From contig NC_047080.1 of NCBI RefSeq assembly GCF_902459465.1, positions 4,650,001 through 4,714,000 on the forward strand: a stretch of DNA of 64,000 bases. Reading direction: 5' to 3'. The notes beneath the pieces are model-generated. The model made no database searches. It saw only the letters and a program-made list of their open reading frames with translations, and had not been told where the DNA came from. A program made the position numbers and the translations under genes. Numbering within the stretch: the first letter of the stretch is position 1; each line of letters starts with the position of its first letter. The DNA comes from Asterias rubens. Its lineage: Eukaryota. This document shows, in pieces, positions 59,341 through 64,000 of this stretch.

Positions 59341-62019
59341 GGCATATCCTAAAGACTGAACTTGCATCAAACTTGTCATCTTGTCAGCGGTCTTCCAGTT
59401 ATCTCTAATAAATAATGATCTTGTAGTAGCCAAGAGATGTCCAATAGCTCAAGTACAGTAGCTCTGAAGAGGCTCTGGAGAGAGAGAGAGAGAGGGGGAA
59501 TGTTGAACTTTTTACGTCAGATCGGCGTAATTCAGTACGGATTACGGAAATTAACAACGGGGACCGCGTAAATGCTGACAGCCTTGCATGCTAACGTTTA
59601 AAATTCTTGCTTCTGGAAAGTATTGAGTAGGAATTTAAGATGCAACTCGAGGGAACCGGTTTGTAGGCTCCAAATTAACACATCATTGTTGGGTTCAAGT
59701 TGTATGTACGAGAAGCTTCCGAGTGAAAAAAATCCAGATCCAGTGTTTAGCTACAAGCGCTCTCCACTGACTTATTCAAATAATCTAAGCTCAATATTCC
59801 TCACTGCGATCGTTGAATGTACTGTTTACAAAAACTGGTTTTGTCAACGTAAAGGCAATGCTTCAACTTCAGACAATCTGGAGTTTATAAAGCCCAAGCA
59901 GACAGTGTTAAAGTCCTCGATCACGCTGCAGCTAAAGACTCGATGGGAAATTACAGTGACCCGTCTACCGTTGAATGACTATGTATAGCAGTCAGCCAAT
60001 AAGAATTGATCCGTTTGACAGGCACTACATCAACTCAGTGGTTTACTTTTTTTTAATCTCTAGACCACTGTGTACGTGGTCCAGCGCGCTGAGCAACACA
60101 TCCTAACTTCTTTTGATAGATTTTGCCATCCAGGCTTGTCATGAGATAGGGGTGCTGCTTTGTGAGCGGAGAAACCATACAGGTCCTTTCTCTATGGGGG
60201 GATGAATGGGTGGGTGCATTTTTTACTTTTCCAATGAAGAGAGAATTATGCACGCCGCAACAGAATTGATATCAGTGAATGGATATACCAAAATAATGGT
60301 TACTTATCCTCACTTCAATTATTGTATCATTGTGAACTTTCACAAAGACATGGTTGCTTTGGCCAAGCATATACAATTATACACCAAGCGAAGAAATATT
60401 TTGTCTTTGTTCACCATGGTTCACAAACTTACCCATTCAGTTTCCCTTGTGGTTTAATACTTGAATATTCATTTTGAAAGGGTGGTTCTTGTCAATTGCA
60501 TTGATTTACCGAACTGTTAAGATTGAATGCGAGATTGAAGTGCACCTAAAACAGGGGATAACATTAAGGTTAACTTTGAAGGAAGTTATACTTTACGTTG
60601 TCAAGGTAACGATAGATGACAAATGCTAACATGTGGTTTATGAACGTTCACAGCTCTGTACTTCGAAATGATCGATCTGTGAGTTGTGTTCTAGGCTGGT
60701 GCACAAATCGGCGCTGTCTGGACGCTATAGCAGTCTAATATAATAAGGAAGTCTGGGTGAATAATGTCTTCATTAGTTACCAATCTTTTTGCACGTGTTC
60801 TTACTGATTTGTCTCGGCAGATTTCTCAAGTTGTTGTTTACAAAGGAGCAATCACTTTTTGCTTTTTCCAACCACAAAAGGTGTTTTTCCCAGCATGGAA
60901 ATACTGACGTTTACGGTCTGAAATATTGTAATCTGATATTATTGTCGCAGTAATGGTTACTTTAGTACGGAGAATGGCAACTCTTATCTTCGATCGAGAA
61001 TTAGTGGTCTGAGAGGGGGGGGGGGCCTATGAGTGGGCCAGTCGAACGGTCAAGGATGGGATCCAAACAATTGGTAAAGCCAATAAGCTGACAAGAGGTT
61101 AACTGATGGGGGGTATTGTGTTAAGCTATTGTTTGCATTGTTATGATACGGAGGTATTGTACTGATACCATACAATGTGTTGCTGCATGACTAACCTTCT
61201 TGACGTGTTTTATTACCAGAGGGGAGGAAAGTTACAACACCACCAAAAAGGTAAAAGGAATAAATCATTTTTGGAGGTGATCATATTTCTACTCTTTGGC
61301 TATCTTTGTATTCTGGTAATGTTTGGTTAGTATAAAAAAAAGAAGCAACAGGTAGTTTATAAGTTTTTGAAGGGATTTTGTGCAGGTTAATTAATGTAGA
61401 TATTTCGATTGCATTGATCTAGAATGAGAAATTGGCGAAAGGATCTTGCTATTTTCTTGACTATGATTAGTATTTCGAACGGAATTCTCCCTTTAGGAAA
61501 TTGGTAATGGTTGGTAGGCCAAATCAGTGAGCTTTCACAGTGGAACTATGACTAAAGAGTCCTGTGTCTTTTTTTCTGGTTCAATTGTGTTTACGTTCTG
61601 GCGCTACCGCCAGGTACCTTTGAAAACCACACAGCGTTCGAAACACCCAGCGATCTGTGAGACATACGCAAACATTCCCATGTTGTGTATATTGTGTTTT
61701 TATATTCGCATTATGTGCAGTTCCGGAGTTTGAAAACGTTTGCAATTGTCGGCAAGGTCCAAAAATCAACAACAAAAGTGCCACCCACAGCTCCTTGTAA
61801 AAGCAATTAAATTCTATTGTACCGATCAAGGTCTCCAAAATGTGTGCGTACGTAAACGCTGCAGTACAATAGAATCTTTACATTCAACAGACAGACCTAA
61901 GCCTAGACCACCCTCTCTCTCACCACCGAATTGTAAAGAGAAGAAGACATTGTAGCAAATCAAACTGCCTTTTCCTTTCACAGGGGTCCTTAATGCTTCC
62001 TTGATGTCCCTGTGTTTAA

Positions 62020-62389
62020 CTAAAGACACTGGACACAATTGGTAATTGTCAAGGACCAGCTTCTCACTTGGTGTATCTCAACATTTGCATAAAATAACAA
62101 ACCTGTGGAAATTTGAGCTTAGTTGGTCGTCTAAGTTGCGAGATAATAATGAAAGAAGAAAAAAACACCCTGTCACACAAAGTTGTGTGCCCTTATTAAT
62201 AGATGCTTGATTTCGGGACCTCGGAATCTAACTCTGAGGTCTCGAAATCAAATTCGTGGAAAATTACTTCTTTCGCGAAAACTACGTTACTTCAGAGGGA
62301 GCTGCTTCTTACAATGTTTAATACTATCAACAACTCTCCATTGCTCGTTACCAAGTAAGTTTTTTATGCTAACAACTATTTTGAGTAAC
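62020..62389 (+). mobile_element. Family A MITE, 3'-truncated
   Basis: taaagacactggacacaattggtaattg...ttttgagtaa; right TIR missing. Confidence 0.8.
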
Positions 62390-62924
62390 CTGTAAGGACA
62401 CTATCCAAATGGTTTAATTTCTAGCAAGAAATCTCTCAAAGGAAAATGTTCAGGACTTAATGCAAACAATCTAAACATGAGTGTATACCAGTTGAACCAT
62501 GTTAACATTTGCTAAAGTAAACATAAAAGTTTGACCTTTTTTTTGTCCGGTCCCAGTGTATATTCATTCTAAAAATACATCATGACATACAGGGAAATAT
62601 TTAATTACAGGGGGGGTGGGGTGGGGGAAGGATATATAGTCGAACGGCTGACAAAGAAACCTAAACATCGAGAACAATCGTCTAATCATGATACAGGGAT
62701 CTAAACTGACCTGCAAATGCATCGCAGATGCACTTTAGAAGTACTTTTAAAATCAAATTCAATAGTTTCAATATTGGTAACTGTTCTTTGAGCGTGATTT
62801 GGGGGCATTGCATGATGAGGTATCAATGCATTTGGTTTGAGTTGATATATCTATACAATTTGGTTTTTACCCATGCACCAATGTGTGTTAGCACTGTATA
62901 CTCAGTACTTTCCCGAGTCATGTG

Positions 62925-63040
62925 AACAAAATATCACATGCATATTACTCGGGTGGGATTCGAACCCACGACCTTTGCAATTCTTGAGCAGTGTCATACA
63001 CCAGCTATATAGACTACCGAGATTGCCCGGTAGCTGAGGC
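62925..63040 (-). mobile_element. tRNA-derived SINE head
   Basis: Minus strand ggtcgtgggttcgaatcccacccgagtaatatgc (B box GGTTCGAATCC). Confidence 0.65.
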
Positions 63041-63284
63041 AGTTTGAATCTAAGGGGGTACCGCAACGACATAATATATTGCATCAGGGATAAGAAATAT
63101 ATATGTATATCTGCTTTGCTGTAGATTATGTTCTTCGAGAACTTTTCTTGATATTTATTCAACTGCGACGGAGTATACTTGTGGAATTCGGGAAACGTCT
63201 CAGTTCTGAAAAGAAACTTATCTGTTCTTAGTATTCTCATTTCGTGTGACATAAAACCATAAAATAAAACTTTTATTTTTGGGT

Positions 63285-63345
63285 TAATCCGGAGGTCGTT
63301 GGTTCGAATCCCACTCTAGTCAATTCTTTGTTCAACCCCAAAAAT
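63285..63345 (+). mobile_element. tRNA-derived SINE head fragment
   Basis: ggaggtcgttggttcgaatcccactctagtcaa..ctttgttcaac; matches the 6690-6790 family. Confidence 0.6.
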
Positions 63346-64000
63346 CATTTCAAAATTTACCCAGTCAGTTTTCACTGTGGTTTATATTGATAAAATAAAA
63401 CTTTGTAACAATCATGACTATATGTTCCCAGACTGGTTCATATTGATCCTCCAGGTATACCGCCTGTCGGGTTATTTGACGGTTCAACACGGCCCTGGCA
63501 GGTGAACAAAGTAAACGGTATAAAAACATCAACGGAAACAGAGACTTGGTGGTTTCCGGTTTCTCCTTTGAAGAGCTTTCAAAGAAGACGGGGTTTTTGA
63601 CGGACGAGCAGACACAATTGGAGAATGCTGACGTTCTTGGCTTGTTTTGAGGGAGGTCGACTCTGTGAATGGGCTGTATGAAGCATCCTAACATTTAATG
63701 GGTAATTGTGTTATTATTTCATGTTAGCTCAAGGTTCAAGTCTGCCAGTGGCATAGCCGATTGTGAGTCCATGGTCCATGAAACTATGAGTCACAATGTT
63801 TAAATAGAATTATAGCATGTATAGAGATGATGAATATTTTGCAAAAGGGAACGTGTATTATCACGACAGCCAGCTGTACTATACATGTTTCAAACGCATA
63901 CAAATAATAGAAGTATCAAAGATGACAACAAAAAAGTGACTTTTTTTGTCATATTTTATACTTTTATTTTTTAAGAGTAACAAAAATAATTAAAACAGGG

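Noticed and set aside
62940-63000. True tRNA genes here and at 6690, 44862 and 63285
   Set aside because: B boxes are present but there is no full cloverleaf; shared non-tRNA 3' tails indicate SINE heads.

Overview
AT-rich, intron-containing animal genomic DNA; the repeat families and gene content suggest an invertebrate deuterostome, probably an echinoderm/sea star (inference). I could assemble two minus-strand, head-to-tail genes by hand from GT-AG exons with consistent phases. (1) The 5' part of a crumbs (crb) gene: 11 coding exons from ATG 26409 running off the window at position 1, encoding a signal peptide, an N-terminal laminin-G-like domain, 24 EGF repeats (my count) and the entry into the first canonical LamG domain. 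(2) A complete EGFL7/EGFL8-like gene: 8 coding exons from ATG 59340 to stop 30751, 291 aa, with signal peptide, EMI, EGF, Ca-EGF, coiled coil ending in SLSEQISMLEERL-CTCK, and an Arg-rich tail. The EGFL stop lies only about 4.3 kb upstream of the crb ATG. Introns are full of short non-autonomous DNA transposons (TTAA-flanked, 3-bp-TSD and 9-bp-TSD classes), tRNA-like SINE heads, a LINE 3' tail, Penelope-type hammerhead relics, minisatellites and one 217-N assembly gap. No autonomous transposase, true tRNA/rRNA gene or CRISPR array was found. Best leads: the crumbs-EGFL7/8 adjacency (two EGF-type Notch modulators whose vertebrate paralogs lie on MHC-paralogon chromosomes), the intron that hosts miR-126 in vertebrates, the ancestral Crumbs N-terminal LamG module, a candidate crb micro-exon, hammerhead relics, and a possible nested antisense transcript in EGFL intron 1. 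Comparisons with fly and human proteins are from memory and need database confirmation.
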